Shown here: piece after piece, positions 32,445 through 43,669 of the stretch | How positions within the stretch are numbered: the stretch's first letter is position 1 | Layout: each line of letters begins with the position of its first letter | NCBI GenBank assembly: GCA_963662945.1 | Contig: OY759974.1 | Location: forward strand, 1,312,001 to 1,376,000 | Length of the DNA: 64,000 nucleotides | Direction: 5' to 3' | Origin: Arcobacteraceae bacterium | GTDB taxonomy: Bacteria; Campylobacterota; Campylobacteria; Campylobacterales; Arcobacteraceae | Program-made: the position numbers and the translations under genes | Notes under the pieces: generated by a model | Database searches by the model: none | What the model saw: the letters and a program-made list of their open reading frames with translations, nothing else | Told to the model about the DNA's origin: nothing

Positions 32445-33800
32445 TTATTTATTAGCTTCTTTTAATGTATCTGCAATCATAAATGCTAATTCTAATGATT
32501 GATCAGCATTTAATCGTGGATCACATTGTGTATGATATCTACTTGATAAAGATTCTTCAGTAATAGCACTACTTGTACTTCCTGTACACTCTGTAACATC
32601 TTGTCCAGTCATTTCTAAGTGAATACCACCTGCAATACTTCCTTGTGCTTTATGGATTTGGAAAAATTGTTTTACTTCACTTAAGATATTAGCAAAATCT
32701 CTTGTTTTATATCCATTTGATGTTTTTTCAACATTTCCATGCATTGGATCACAGCTCCAAACAATCTTTTTCCCTTCAGATTCTACTTTTTTAAGAAGAT
32801 TTGGAAAATAGTCAGCTATTTTATTAGCTCCCATTCTTACAATAAGATTTAATCTTCCAGCTTCATTTTCTGGATTTAATTTATCAATAAGTTTGATTAA
32901 TTCATCTTCTTTCATAGTAGGACCTACTTTACAACCTATTGGATTTTTAATACCTCTAAAAAATTCTATATGTGCTTCATCTAGTCCTCTAGTTCTATCT
33001 CCAATCCATAGCATATGCGCACTACAATCATACCAATCACCAGTTAAACTGTCTTTTCTAGTAAGTGCTTCTTCATAATTTAAAAGAAGTGCTTCATGTG
33101 AAGTATATAATGTTGTTTGTGCTAATTGTGCTGTATTTTGTGATGTAATACCACAAGATTCCATAAATTTTAAAGATTCAGATATTTTTGTAGCTAATTC
33201 TTCATATTTTTCACCTAAAGCATGATTTCTCATATAGTTTAGATTCCAGCTATGAACTTTATGTAAATCAGCCATACCACCTCTTGCAAAGGCTCTTAGA
33301 AGGTTAAGTGTTGCTGCACTTTGATTATATGCTTTAAGAAGTTTTTTTGGATTTGGTATTCTAGCTTTTACATCTGCTTCAATGTCATTTACAATATCAC
33401 CTCTGTAGCTTGGGTATTCAACTCCATCGATAATCTCTGTATCGCTTGATCTTGGTTTAGCAAATTGTCCAGCAATTCTTCCAACTTTTACAACAGGTTT
33501 TCCACCACTAAAAGTCATTACAACGGCCATTTGCATCATAACTTGGAAAAGTGATTTAATATTTTGAGCATTAAAAGCATTAAAACTTTCTGCACAATCT
33601 CCACCTTGTAGTAAAAATGCTTTTCCATTTGCTACATCTGCTAGTTGTTCTTTTAAACTTCTAGCTTCTTGAGCAAAAATTAAAGGAGGATAAGTACTAA
33701 GTTCTTTTTCAACTTTTTTAACTTTTTTCATATCTTCATAAATTGGCTGTTGCTTGATTGGGAAATCTCTCCAACTACTTGGCGTCCAAATATTACTCAT
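32445..33800 (-). CDS. Class II DAHP synthase
   Basis: [42 protein letters not shown]. Confidence 0.95.
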   Translation of the reverse strand: MSNIWTPSSWRDFPIKQQPIYEDMKKVKKVEKELSTYPPLIFAQEARSLKEQLADVANGKAFLLQGGDCAESFNAFNAQNIKSLFQVMMQMAVVMTFSGGKPVVKVGRIAGQFAKPRSSDTEIIDGVEYPSYRGDIVNDIEADVKARIPNPKKLLKAYNQSAATLNLLRAFARGGMADLHKVHSWNLNYMRNHALGEKYEELATKISESLKFMESCGITSQNTAQLAQTTLYTSHEALLLNYEEALTRKDSLTGDWYDCSAHMLWIGDRTRGLDEAHIEFFRGIKNPIGCKVGPTMKEDELIKLIDKLNPENEAGRLNLIVRMGANKIADYFPNLLKKVESEGKKIVWSCDPMHGNVEKTSNGYKTRDFANILSEVKQFFQIHKAQGSIAGGIHLEMTGQDVTECTGSTSSAITEESLSSRYHTQCDPRLNADQSLELAFMIADTLKEANK

Positions 33801-33812
33801 TTTTTTATCCTC

Positions 33813-34805
33813 TTATAATTTTACTTTTTTTAATAGTTCTTGAAATGATACCTTAAAGGCACTCAATCCATCTTGAAGTAGTTCATTATAAACTTTTTCA
33901 ATATCAATTTGATGACTTTTTAAAATTTCAAAATACTTAATACAATCATCTCTATCAATAATTTCAGATGGCTCTTTTTTCCCATTTTTTAACCAAGCAT
34001 TTATAGTATCTAATGGTGCTGTATTAACCGAATTAGGGAAAATTAATTCATCGATGTAATAACTTGGAACTAAATCATTCCCTTTTACACCTGTACTTGC
34101 AAAGAGTGTTCTGATATTTTTATTTGCAAGTGTTTCAACTTCATGATAACAAAGAGTTGCATTTATAATTCCAGTTTTTCCAGTTTCTAGGTCAAGTGTT
34201 CTTAATTTATCATCAAGAGCTCTATCAAATCTACTTACAAAAACAGAAACAACACCTTTTGTGTCTTTTCCACTTTTTTTAATTCCATTATGAAGAGCCG
34301 TTGCAGATTTTAGAGCTTGTTCAGGAGAAAATATTAATGTCGCATTTACACTTATTCCTAATGAAGTAAGATGTTCCATAGCGCCATATCCTGCTTCTGT
34401 AGCTGGAATTTTTATCATAACGTTATCGTAACCGATTTGATTATGTAATCTCGCTCCCTCTTCTATAGTTCCCATCATATCATCACATAAAGTTGGGTCA
34501 ACTTCCAAGGAGATAAAACCATCATTTGCATTTTTATCAAAAAGTGGTTTTAAAAGTTCAGCTGCTCTTTTAATATCTGTTATAGCTAACTCTTCATATA
34601 TTTTTTTATTATCATTTGCTTGAAGCATATTAATTTGTTGAGTGTAAGCTGTTGAGTTGTTAATAGATTGTTGAAATATAGCAGGATTGCTCGTAGCACC
34701 TTTAATTGTTTTATTGTTTATTAACTCTTGAAATTCATTTTCTAAAAAATTTCTCTCAACAAAGTCACACCAAATTGAATAATTTATTTTACTATTTAAA
34801 CTCAT
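33813..34805 (-). CDS. tal: Transaldolase (probable start at 34805)
   Basis: WCDF, GATSNPAIF, ISLEVDP, MIKIPAT, NATLIFS, SVFVSR, LFASTGVK. Confidence 0.92.
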   Translation of the reverse strand: MSLNSKINYSIWCDFVERNFLENEFQELINNKTIKGATSNPAIFQQSINNSTAYTQQINMLQANDNKKIYEELAITDIKRAAELLKPLFDKNANDGFISLEVDPTLCDDMMGTIEEGARLHNQIGYDNVMIKIPATEAGYGAMEHLTSLGISVNATLIFSPEQALKSATALHNGIKKSGKDTKGVVSVFVSRFDRALDDKLRTLDLETGKTGIINATLCYHEVETLANKNIRTLFASTGVKGNDLVPSYYIDELIFPNSVNTAPLDTINAWLKNGKKEPSEIIDRDDCIKYFEILKSHQIDIEKVYNELLQDGLSAFKVSFQELLKKVKL

Positions 34806-34812
34806 TTTTTTC

Positions 34813-35142
34813 CTATTTGTCAATTTTTTGACATATTAAATCTTTGTCAACATTTTGTTTAAAGTCTTTTAAAATAAAGCCTTTACATTCTTCATTTGTA
34901 TCTAGATTTGTAAAACTTACAGTGTATTTAAAGCCATTTACATTAATATCTTCTCTTACAAACTGATGATTTGCATATACTTTTACATTAGATACGTTCT
35001 TATATCCAAGTGTATTTAATATTTTTGTTGCCTTTACTGATTGTCCATAAGCCACAGCAATAAACCATATTAATCCTAATAGACCTAAAATTATCATAAT
35101 AATTATTGTTTTTTTAGGCAGTTTTCTTACTTCATTTTCCAT
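34813..35142 (-). CDS. Hypothetical membrane-anchored protein
   Basis: 109 aa, single N-terminal TM, two Cys. Confidence 0.7.
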   Translation of the reverse strand: MENEVRKLPKKTIIIMIILGLLGLIWFIAVAYGQSVKATKILNTLGYKNVSNVKVYANHQFVREDINVNGFKYTVSFTNLDTNEECKGFILKDFKQNVDKDLICQKIDK

Positions 35143-35204
35143 TTGTATCCTTAAAAGGTTGATATTTTACCATAAATTAGATAATACTTGCTATAATAAT
35201 ATTT

Positions 35205-36647
35205 ATGAAAAATGTACTTGTAATACTAGATGGAAAAATCGCGAAATATCTAGTGAAAAAAATGGTTGATTTAAATAATAATCTCAACCGATATGATATT
35301 GTTTATACAGATGATAAAATTTTACCAAAAGATATACCATCAAATTTTACTTTTTATAAATTTGACCCAACTAGCTTCTCAAAGTTAAAATTTATACTTG
35401 ATAAGTCTTTATATCAAGATGCTTTAATAGCCTTAGATACAAAGGAAGACACTTTAGCAGTTGTTTATAACATAAGGGTAAAATTTAAAGAGTTAAACTT
35501 TACAGTTTATGATCAGTGGGGATTGGATTTAAAAGATAAAAACATCCAATATTATAGAGGAAATGATATTATCTCCAATGGATTGATAGAACAATTGCCA
35601 AACATACCAGTTTTTGCTCAAAATATAGGTTTAAGACAGGGTGAAATTATGGAGATTAAAGTTCCATTTGGAAGTACTTATGCTTATAGATATATTGGAA
35701 GTATTGGACAAAAAGATTGGAAAATTGTTGCTCTATATAGAAATGGAAAACTTATTAATATAAAACCATCATTGATTATAAAACCAAATGATGTAATTAT
35801 TATTATAGGAAAACCAGATGTATTAATCCAAGTGTATAATGCAATTTCAAAATCTAGTACACAGTTTCCAATGCCTTTTGGTAAAAATATTTATCTTTAC
35901 ATTGATATGTTTGTTCAAGAGGAAGAAGAGATATTGAGTGCCATTGAAGATGTGAAAATTTTACATCAAAGGATGAAAAACAATCTCTTAGTTGTAAAAA
36001 TAACACGACCAACAACAGTAGTTTCTCTTAATAAAATAAAATTTAATTTAAGTCGGATTCCTGATATGAAGTTAGAAATAGATTATCATAATACTGGAAT
36101 ACATACAATATTAAAAGAGGATAAAATACGATTTGATATTGGACTTTTGGTTTTAACAAAAAGTATTTTACGACATAAAGAAGCTATTAAAAATGTAATA
36201 CTCTTAAAATTACCAATTTTTAAAGTAGGGAGTGAAAATATTTCATCGCTAAAACATACGCTAGTTTTATTAAATGATGAAAGGTTGTATGAACAAATAT
36301 CACCTACACTTTTTGATATCTCTTCACAATTAAAAATTAAGTTAAAAGTATTAGATATGGATCCAATTGGGGATAAAAAAAGAGAAGGTTTAATAGCTCA
36401 CTTAAATAATTTATCGAAGATATTTGTACAAAATATTATTTTAGTACAAGAAGAAGCTAATCCGATAAAACGACTAAATAAAGAGCATAACATATTACAA
36501 GTTCTCCCTTTAAAAGAGAGTATGTTTCAAAAAAGAATTATTAAATTTTTTACAATTGATAGTGATTTACTTTCATATGATAACAATAAGTTTAACCAAA
36601 TTTTAATGCCAGTTATTGAAGATATAGAGTCAACGAAAATTATTTGA
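35205..36647 (+). CDS. TrkA-C/RCK-C domain protein (COG3400-like)
   Basis: FDPTSFSKL, GLRQGEIMEIKVPFGSTYAYR, IVALYR, QFPMPFG. Confidence 0.75.
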   Translation: MKNVLVILDGKIAKYLVKKMVDLNNNLNRYDIVYTDDKILPKDIPSNFTFYKFDPTSFSKLKFILDKSLYQDALIALDTKEDTLAVVYNIRVKFKELNFTVYDQWGLDLKDKNIQYYRGNDIISNGLIEQLPNIPVFAQNIGLRQGEIMEIKVPFGSTYAYRYIGSIGQKDWKIVALYRNGKLINIKPSLIIKPNDVIIIIGKPDVLIQVYNAISKSSTQFPMPFGKNIYLYIDMFVQEEEEILSAIEDVKILHQRMKNNLLVVKITRPTTVVSLNKIKFNLSRIPDMKLEIDYHNTGIHTILKEDKIRFDIGLLVLTKSILRHKEAIKNVILLKLPIFKVGSENISSLKHTLVLLNDERLYEQISPTLFDISSQLKIKLKVLDMDPIGDKKREGLIAHLNNLSKIFVQNIILVQEEANPIKRLNKEHNILQVLPLKESMFQKRIIKFFTIDSDLLSYDNNKFNQILMPVIEDIESTKII

Positions 36648-36691
36648 TACTTAAATAAGACTTTTTAATTGTATAATTGTAGAAGTATAAG

Positions 36692-37801
36692 GTGAATATT
36701 TTGGAAAATAATAAAGATACAATTTTAGTAGTTGATGATACAGTAACTAATATTGATATTCTTTTAGATTTGCTGAAAGAGTATGATATAGTTGTTGCTA
36801 TGGATGGTGAATCCGCTTTAGATACATTGGAAAATGATGATAATATAGATTTAATATTATTAGATATAATGATGCCAAGTATGGATGGTTTTGAGGTTTG
36901 TAAAAAAATTAAACAAAATAAAAAAACAAGGGATATCCCAGTTATATTTCTTACTGCAAAATCTGACGATGATTCTATAAAAACAGCATTTGAAGTAGGT
37001 GGCATTGATTATATTACAAAACCATTTAGACCAATTGAATTAACTTCTAAAATTAAAACACATTTACAACTTGTATCTCATCAAAAAAAAGTTATTGAAA
37101 ACAATAGACATATTGTTTTAGAAGAACTTATTAATAATATTGCACATCAATGGAGACAGCCTTTATCAATAATTTCAACTCAAGCAAGTAGTATTATACT
37201 TCAAAAAGATTTGGGAATGATATCCGATGAAGAGATTGATAATAGTTGTAATTCGATATTAAAAAGTACAGAATTTTTGTCAAATACAATAGACAATTTT
37301 AAAAAAATACTTATACATGATTCAAAAAATGAACAATTTAACTTACAAGATGTAATCAATGATAGTTTGTCTTTGCTAGAATATGCAAATGATGATAAAA
37401 ATAATCAATTATTTATCAATATTCAACATAATATTTATATAAAAGGTTCAAAAAACGAGTTTTTACAAGTTCTTTTGCATATTATTGATAATGCAAAAAG
37501 TATAGATTGTCCATATGATAAGAAATTAATTTTTTTAGATGCAAAAACACATGAAAATAAAGTGATTATTACCATAAAAGATAATTGTGGTGGAATAGAA
37601 AATACTATTATTGATAAGATTTTTGATCCTTATTTTACTACAAAACACAAGTTTGTTGGAACAGGGCTTGGATTATATATAGTATATAATATTATAAAAA
37701 ACTCTTTTTTAGGAACCGTAAAAGCTACAAATATTACCTTTGAATATAAAAATGAGAAGTATAAAGGTGCGAACTTTGAAATCCAAATTCCACTTAGTTA
37801 A
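36692..37801 (+). CDS. Cytoplasmic REC-histidine kinase hybrid
   Basis: ILVVDD, LLDIMMP, YITKP; H-box IAHQWRQPL; DNCGG, FDPYFTTK, GTGLGL. Confidence 0.9.
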   Translation: MNILENNKDTILVVDDTVTNIDILLDLLKEYDIVVAMDGESALDTLENDDNIDLILLDIMMPSMDGFEVCKKIKQNKKTRDIPVIFLTAKSDDDSIKTAFEVGGIDYITKPFRPIELTSKIKTHLQLVSHQKKVIENNRHIVLEELINNIAHQWRQPLSIISTQASSIILQKDLGMISDEEIDNSCNSILKSTEFLSNTIDNFKKILIHDSKNEQFNLQDVINDSLSLLEYANDDKNNQLFINIQHNIYIKGSKNEFLQVLLHIIDNAKSIDCPYDKKLIFLDAKTHENKVIITIKDNCGGIENTIIDKIFDPYFTTKHKFVGTGLGLYIVYNIIKNSFLGTVKATNITFEYKNEKYKGANFEIQIPLS

Positions 37802-40800
37802 TTTTTTTATATTTATTTTCTTTTTAATCAATCTTAGTGCAAATAATAATCTAACAAAAGTATCAGTACAATTAGAGTGGAAACATCAATTTGAATTTGC
37901 TGGATTTTATGCCGCTTTGGAAAAAGGTTACTATCAAGACATTGGACTTGATGTAGAACTAAAAGAGTTTCATGAAGGTATACATCCTTCAGATGATGTT
38001 TTGAGTGGTAAATCTACATTTGGTATCTCTTCATCCTCTTTAATTTTAGAAAAACTAAAAAATAAGCCCGTTGTTCTTTTAAGTTCTTTTTTTAAACAAA
38101 ACGCTTTGGCTATAGTTGCACAAGAAGATATAAAAACAATAGAACAGTTAAAGGGTAAAAAACTTATGGCTGTAGATTGGGAAATAGAACATACTAGTAT
38201 TGGTTTAATGTTAAAAGATAAAGGTTTAAAGTCTTCGGACTTCACACTTGTTGAGCATGATTTTAATGTTGATAAATTTATCAATGGTGAAGTTGACGCA
38301 ATGAGTGTTTTTTTAACTAATCAGCTTTATGAACTTAATCGTGCAGGGATAAAATATAATATTTTAAATCCTGCAAATTATGGTATATTTTCTTATGATG
38401 TTGAGCTATTTACAAGTGAAAATTTTATCATTCAAAATCCTAAGCTTGTAAAAGAGTTCATTGATGCCACTAACAAAGGTTGGAAATATGCTTTTGAGAA
38501 TAAAAGAGAAATAGTAGATTTAATATATCAAAAATATACAAAACAGAAAACTAAAGAATCTTTGATGTTTGAAGCAGAAGAAACGGAGAAGTTTTTTAAA
38601 ACAAATATTTTTACAGTAGGTTCGCTTGTTCCTGAGTTGATAAAATTGAATGTTGATATGTATGTGAAATTAGGTTTAGCAGATCCTAATTATGATATTG
38701 TAAAATTATTTAGGGATTATATTTATAATGATAGTAACTATATAAATCAATTTATAAATTTAACCCAAGAAGAAATAAAATATATCAAAGAACATCCAAC
38801 AGTAACAATTGCAATGTTAAATAATTTTAAACCATTTTCTTTTATTCAAAATGATACTCATCAGGGATTAACAAATGATATATTACAAGAGATATCTAAA
38901 ATCAGTGGCTTAAAATTTGAAAAAGTTATTGGAAAATGGGATGAAGTTTTAAAAAGATTTCAAAATAAAGAAGTGGATATGATAAGTGATATATCATTCA
39001 CAACACAAAGAGAACAGTTTACCTTTTTTACAAAACCATTTTTTGAAATCCCGTCGTATGTATTTGGATTAAAAAGTGATAATTCTTACAAAAATATCGA
39101 AAGTCTTAAGGGGAAAAGAGTAGCAATAACGAAAGATATATTTTATAAAGATACTTTAAAGAATATTGGTGCAGAAATTGTTGAATTAAGGGAAAATGAT
39201 GAAAAAGTGGATGCATTAGTATTGAATAAAGTAGATTATTTTATAGCTGCTTATACTTCTGGACAAAAAGCTATAAATAGCAAAGCCATCACAACAATAA
39301 AGCCTATTGTCGAGTTGTCTGCTATCAAAAAAGAGGATTTACGTTTTGGTATTAATAAAGATAAACCAATTCTCTATAATATAATAAAAAAATCAATGGA
39401 TAAGATAGATGCTTTGGAGTATTCAAGATTAATCAATAAATGGATGATGAATTTAGACACTGTTGATTTTTCAAAAAAACAAAGAGTAGTGTTAAGTCAA
39501 GAAGAGCAAAAGTATTTAGAAAGAAAACGTGAAATTCATTATTGTGCCGACCCTGCATGGATGCCATTTGAGGAGATAAAAAATGGAAAGCATTATGGTA
39601 TAGCTTCTGACTATGTAAAATTGTTTAGTGAAAATCTAAATATACCTTTTAAATTAGTGCCAACAAGTTCTTGGACCCAAAGTATAGAATATGCAAAAAA
39701 TGGAAAATGCGATATTTTATCTTTCTTAGCAATGGAAACACCAAATAGAAAAAACTATATGAATTTTACTAACCCTTATGTAAAAGTTCCTTTAGTTATT
39801 GCAACAAAATTAAATGTAACATTTATAACAGATTTTCTTAACTTAGATAGTAAAAAAATAGGTATTCCAAAGGGATATGCTTTTTATGAAATCCTTAAAA
39901 GAAAATATCCAGAAATTAATTTAGTGGAAGTTAAAAATACTGAAGAAGGACTTACCAAAGTTAAAAATGGAGAACTCTTTGGTTTTATAGGAACACTCGC
40001 AAGTGTAGGACATCTTTTTCAAACAAAATTTGTTGGAGAATTAAAAATTGCGGGAAAATTTGATGAAAATTGGGAATTATCTATAGCTGTTAGGAAAGAT
40101 AATCAAATGTTATTAAATATTTTACAAAAGACCTTAGATTCTATTGATGAAGTAGCACATAAAAAAATTTTTAATAAATGGATTGCAATAAAATATGAAA
40201 ATAAAACAGATTATCAGTTGCTATGGGAGATAATTTTTATTGCGTTAGTTATTCTTGTGATTTTCATTTATTGGAATAGAAAATTAAGAATTATTAATAG
40301 TGAATTGGAATTTCAAAAAAATAAGTCACAAGAAGCATTAAAAGTGAAATCAAATTTTTTAGCAAATATAACTCATGAGATAAGAACACCAATGAATGTT
40401 ATATTAGGAATGACATATTTATTACAAAAGTCTACTCAAAATCAGATGAGACAAGAACAATTGAAGAATATAGAAAGAGCTACAACGTCACTGTTGCGAT
40501 TAATAAATGATATATTAGATAGTTCAAAAATAGAAGCTGGAAAGTTAAGAATAGTGAATAATAATTTTAATATGCTTGCATTATTGGAAAACATAAAAAC
40601 GATTGCTACATCAAATATGGAAGGAAAAGAGATCTCTTTTGAGATTAGTTATGATGATAAATTACCAATTAATTTTTGTGGAGATAGCTTAAGAATTGAA
40701 CAAGTTTTAACAAACTTAGTGAGTAATGCTATAAAATTTACACAAAAAGGATATGTGCGACTTATAATAGAAAATAGAAAATATAATACATATAGATTTT

Positions 40801-41315
40801 GTGTAATTGATACAGGAATTGGAATATCAAAAGAACAGATGGAAAAGATTTTTGAACCTTTTACTCAAGCTGATGATACAATTACAAGAAAATATGGAGG
40901 TACTGGACTTGGACTTTCAATATCCAGACAACTTGTTGAGTTAATGGGAGGTTCTTTAACTATGACAAGTAGATTAGATCAAGGTACAGAGATTTATTTT
41001 GACATTGATTTATTTGAAGTTGTTGAAAATGAATTTTTAGATAATACTTTTACAAAAAATGATAATAAAAATAGATATTTTAATTTTTATAAAAAAAGAG
41101 ATACAATAGATACGGATGAAGAAGAAAAACTTATTATAAAATTGAAAGAAGCTGTAAATAGAAAAAGACCGAATTTATTGACACCAATAATTGAAGAACT
41201 GGAGAAATATACTTTACAGATATTAGATGAAGAAGATTTTAAAAATATTAAAGCATATATTAAAAAATATATGTTTCAAGAAGCAAGTGAGATATTAAAT
41301 AAATATGAAAAATGA
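37776..41315 (+). CDS. Membrane sensor histidine kinase with NMT1/THI5-like and two family-3 solute-binding domains (probable TTG start)
   Basis: QLEWKHQFEFAGFYAALEKGYY, two PBPb-like repeats, TM, THEIRTPMN, NLVSNAIKFT, DTGIG, GGTGLGLSI. Confidence 0.9.
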   Translation: MKSKFHLVNFFIFIFFLINLSANNNLTKVSVQLEWKHQFEFAGFYAALEKGYYQDIGLDVELKEFHEGIHPSDDVLSGKSTFGISSSSLILEKLKNKPVVLLSSFFKQNALAIVAQEDIKTIEQLKGKKLMAVDWEIEHTSIGLMLKDKGLKSSDFTLVEHDFNVDKFINGEVDAMSVFLTNQLYELNRAGIKYNILNPANYGIFSYDVELFTSENFIIQNPKLVKEFIDATNKGWKYAFENKREIVDLIYQKYTKQKTKESLMFEAEETEKFFKTNIFTVGSLVPELIKLNVDMYVKLGLADPNYDIVKLFRDYIYNDSNYINQFINLTQEEIKYIKEHPTVTIAMLNNFKPFSFIQNDTHQGLTNDILQEISKISGLKFEKVIGKWDEVLKRFQNKEVDMISDISFTTQREQFTFFTKPFFEIPSYVFGLKSDNSYKNIESLKGKRVAITKDIFYKDTLKNIGAEIVELRENDEKVDALVLNKVDYFIAAYTSGQKAINSKAITTIKPIVELSAIKKEDLRFGINKDKPILYNIIKKSMDKIDALEYSRLINKWMMNLDTVDFSKKQRVVLSQEEQKYLERKREIHYCADPAWMPFEEIKNGKHYGIASDYVKLFSENLNIPFKLVPTSSWTQSIEYAKNGKCDILSFLAMETPNRKNYMNFTNPYVKVPLVIATKLNVTFITDFLNLDSKKIGIPKGYAFYEILKRKYPEINLVEVKNTEEGLTKVKNGELFGFIGTLASVGHLFQTKFVGELKIAGKFDENWELSIAVRKDNQMLLNILQKTLDSIDEVAHKKIFNKWIAIKYENKTDYQLLWEIIFIALVILVIFIYWNRKLRIINSELEFQKNKSQEALKVKSNFLANITHEIRTPMNVILGMTYLLQKSTQNQMRQEQLKNIERATTSLLRLINDILDSSKIEAGKLRIVNNNFNMLALLENIKTIATSNMEGKEISFEISYDDKLPINFCGDSLRIEQVLTNLVSNAIKFTQKGYVRLIIENRKYNTYRFCVIDTGIGISKEQMEKIFEPFTQADDTITRKYGGTGLGLSISRQLVELMGGSLTMTSRLDQGTEIYFDIDLFEVVENEFLDNTFTKNDNKNRYFNFYKKRDTIDTDEEEKLIIKLKEAVNRKRPNLLTPIIEELEKYTLQILDEEDFKNIKAYIKKYMFQEASEILNKYEK

Positions 41316-42441
41316 AGATATTCCAACAATATTAATTGTTGATGATAATGAAATAAACATTGATGTTTTATTAGGTGCCTTGAGTAATTATGATTTAATT
41401 CCTGCACTTAGCGGTAAAGCGGCATTGGAGATAATAGAAGAAGAAAAGGTTGATTTAATATTATTGGATATTATGATGCCTTCTTTAGATGGTTTCCAAG
41501 TTTGTAAAAAAATCAAAAATAATCCAAAATACTCTAATATACCTATAATATTTTTAACGGCGAAAAATAATACAGAAGATATTAAAAAAGGATTTGAGTA
41601 TGGGGCAATAGATTATATTACTAAGCCATTTAATCCAATCGAGTTAAATATTAGGATAAATACACATATAGATCTTATTAGCTACAAAAATAATCTAGAA
41701 AAGAGAGTTACTCAAGAGATTGAAGCAAATAAAATACAACAACAAATCTTATTTCAGAAATCAAAACAAGCAGAAATTGGTGAATTATTAATGCATATTT
41801 CACACCAATGGAAACAGCCTTTGAGTGAGTTAGGAAGTATCAATACATTTCAAGTAGGAAAACTAGAATATAACCCATCTGTAGATATTGATGAATATAA
41901 AGGTTATTTAGCAAAGAATGCACAAATCATCTCTTTTATGTCTGATACAATGGAAACATTCCAAAATTTTTATCAACCAAACCAAGAAGCACAATATTTT
42001 GATTTGAATAAGGCCGTTGATATTGCAGTAAATATTGTGGCGGCAACTTTTGATTACAATAATATAAATCTAGATATAGTTAGAGATAAAAAAGAGTATA
42101 AAATTTATGGTATTATTAATGAATATGCGCAAATAATACTGTCAATTTTAAATAATGCAAAAAATATATTTATAAAAAGAGAGGTTAAAAATCCTAAAAT
42201 TACTATTTTTATTCAAGAAGATAATAGTGATATCGTAGTCACTATAGTTGATAATGGTGGCGGTATACCTAAAAGTAATAATGATATTTTTTCTCCATTT
42301 GTAAGTTATAGTGATAGTACAGGTATAGGATTATATTTAGTAAAAGCAATTTGTAAAAAAAATGCATGGAAAATTGAAGGGAAAAATTATAAAGATGGTG
42401 CAAAATTCATTTTAACAAGCAAATGGGGAGAGTATAAGTGA
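41305..42441 (+). CDS. Cytoplasmic REC-histidine kinase hybrid
   Basis: ILIVDD, LLDIMMP; H-box ISHQWKQPL; DNGGG, STGIGL. Confidence 0.9.
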   Translation: MKNEDIPTILIVDDNEINIDVLLGALSNYDLIPALSGKAALEIIEEEKVDLILLDIMMPSLDGFQVCKKIKNNPKYSNIPIIFLTAKNNTEDIKKGFEYGAIDYITKPFNPIELNIRINTHIDLISYKNNLEKRVTQEIEANKIQQQILFQKSKQAEIGELLMHISHQWKQPLSELGSINTFQVGKLEYNPSVDIDEYKGYLAKNAQIISFMSDTMETFQNFYQPNQEAQYFDLNKAVDIAVNIVAATFDYNNINLDIVRDKKEYKIYGIINEYAQIILSILNNAKNIFIKREVKNPKITIFIQEDNSDIVVTIVDNGGGIPKSNNDIFSPFVSYSDSTGIGLYLVKAICKKNAWKIEGKNYKDGAKFILTSKWGEYK

Positions 42442-43100
42442 ATAATTTAAAAAATTTTAAAGTGTTATTTTTAGAAGATAATCAAACTTTTGCAGAGCAT
42501 ACAATTTACTTTTTAGAGTTATATCTTAAAGAGGTAATACATTGTGTTTCTATGAAAGAAGCTTTAGAAAAGTTTCAACAAAACGAAATTGATATTATCA
42601 TTAGTGATTTAAAAGTTAAAGATGGATTGGCATTAAGTTTTATAGAACAAATTAGAAGTATAAATAAAGAGATACCAATTGTTGTTTTAAGTGCACATAA
42701 AGATGAAGAGTTTTTATTAAAAGCAATACCTTTAGGATTAACATCTTATGAAATTAAACCTATTAATTTTTCAGATTTTAAAAATGTTCTCAACAAATGT
42801 GCTAAAACAATAAATGGTAATAGTTTAGTGTTTTTAAAAGAGGATATTTTTTATGATTATAATAAAAAATCAATTTATAAAAATGAACAAGAGATAATTT
42901 TAAGTAAAAAAGAATCTCTCTTTGTTGAATTACTTGTCAAAAATAAAAATAGTGTTACTAGTAAAGATGATATTAATAATTTTATATGGGAAAATGAATT
43001 TATGAGCGAATCTGCATTGAAAAATTTTCTCTTAAGAGTAAGAAAGAAAGTTGGGAAAGACTTTTTTTATACGATTCAGAATATTGGGTATAGATTATAA
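42438..43100 (+). CDS. OmpR-family response regulator
   Basis: LFLED, IISDL, LSAH, IKP; wHTH LSKKE...LRVRKK...IGYRL. Confidence 0.9.
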   Translation: MNNLKNFKVLFLEDNQTFAEHTIYFLELYLKEVIHCVSMKEALEKFQQNEIDIIISDLKVKDGLALSFIEQIRSINKEIPIVVLSAHKDEEFLLKAIPLGLTSYEIKPINFSDFKNVLNKCAKTINGNSLVFLKEDIFYDYNKKSIYKNEQEIILSKKESLFVELLVKNKNSVTSKDDINNFIWENEFMSESALKNFLLRVRKKVGKDFFYTIQNIGYRL

Positions 43101-43102
43101 TA

Positions 43103-43669
43103 TTAGTGTAAAATTGTAAAAGTTTTTATTTCTTTAAATCCAATCATTGCATTTAAAAGGGCAATTTTGGATGCTGATTTTAAATCTTCTACTGTTAAAT
43201 TTGCTTCAGATAATACCTTTTCTTCCAACAGTCTTGCTCTGGTTGTCCCTTCTAATAATGGTTCTTTTGGTGTAAGCCATTTATTTTCTTTAAAAATTGC
43301 AATATTTGCTATTGATGTATCAGTTAGTAATCCATTTTTAACTATTAAAATTTCGTCAGCTAAACCTTTTTTCATATAAAGTTTCTCTATATCTTCTCTG
43401 TCTAAATATTTATATTTATAGCTGATATCATTATTTTCAATAACTTTTAATATTTTAATATCTTTTGGTGTATATTTGAAATAATCTATTTTTTCTATAC
43501 CATTTTGAGAATAGATTACTTTTACTCTAAAAAGATGATCTGTAGGTGGATAAATATACTCATGTAAGTCAATATTAAGACCAATAGTTTTTGAGAGTCT
43601 TTGATTATGATAATGTAAGTTAAAAACTTCAAAATCTTCACATTTTATTGTTTCAAAAAAATAATTCAT
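43103..43669 (-). CDS. pabC: Aminotransferase class IV / 4-amino-4-deoxychorismate lyase-like
   Basis: FFETIK, YHNQRL, TDTSIANI, LLEGTTRARLL; next to pabB. Confidence 0.8.
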   Translation of the reverse strand: MNYFFETIKCEDFEVFNLHYHNQRLSKTIGLNIDLHEYIYPPTDHLFRVKVIYSQNGIEKIDYFKYTPKDIKILKVIENNDISYKYKYLDREDIEKLYMKKGLADEILIVKNGLLTDTSIANIAIFKENKWLTPKEPLLEGTTRARLLEEKVLSEANLTVEDLKSASKIALLNAMIGFKEIKTFTILH

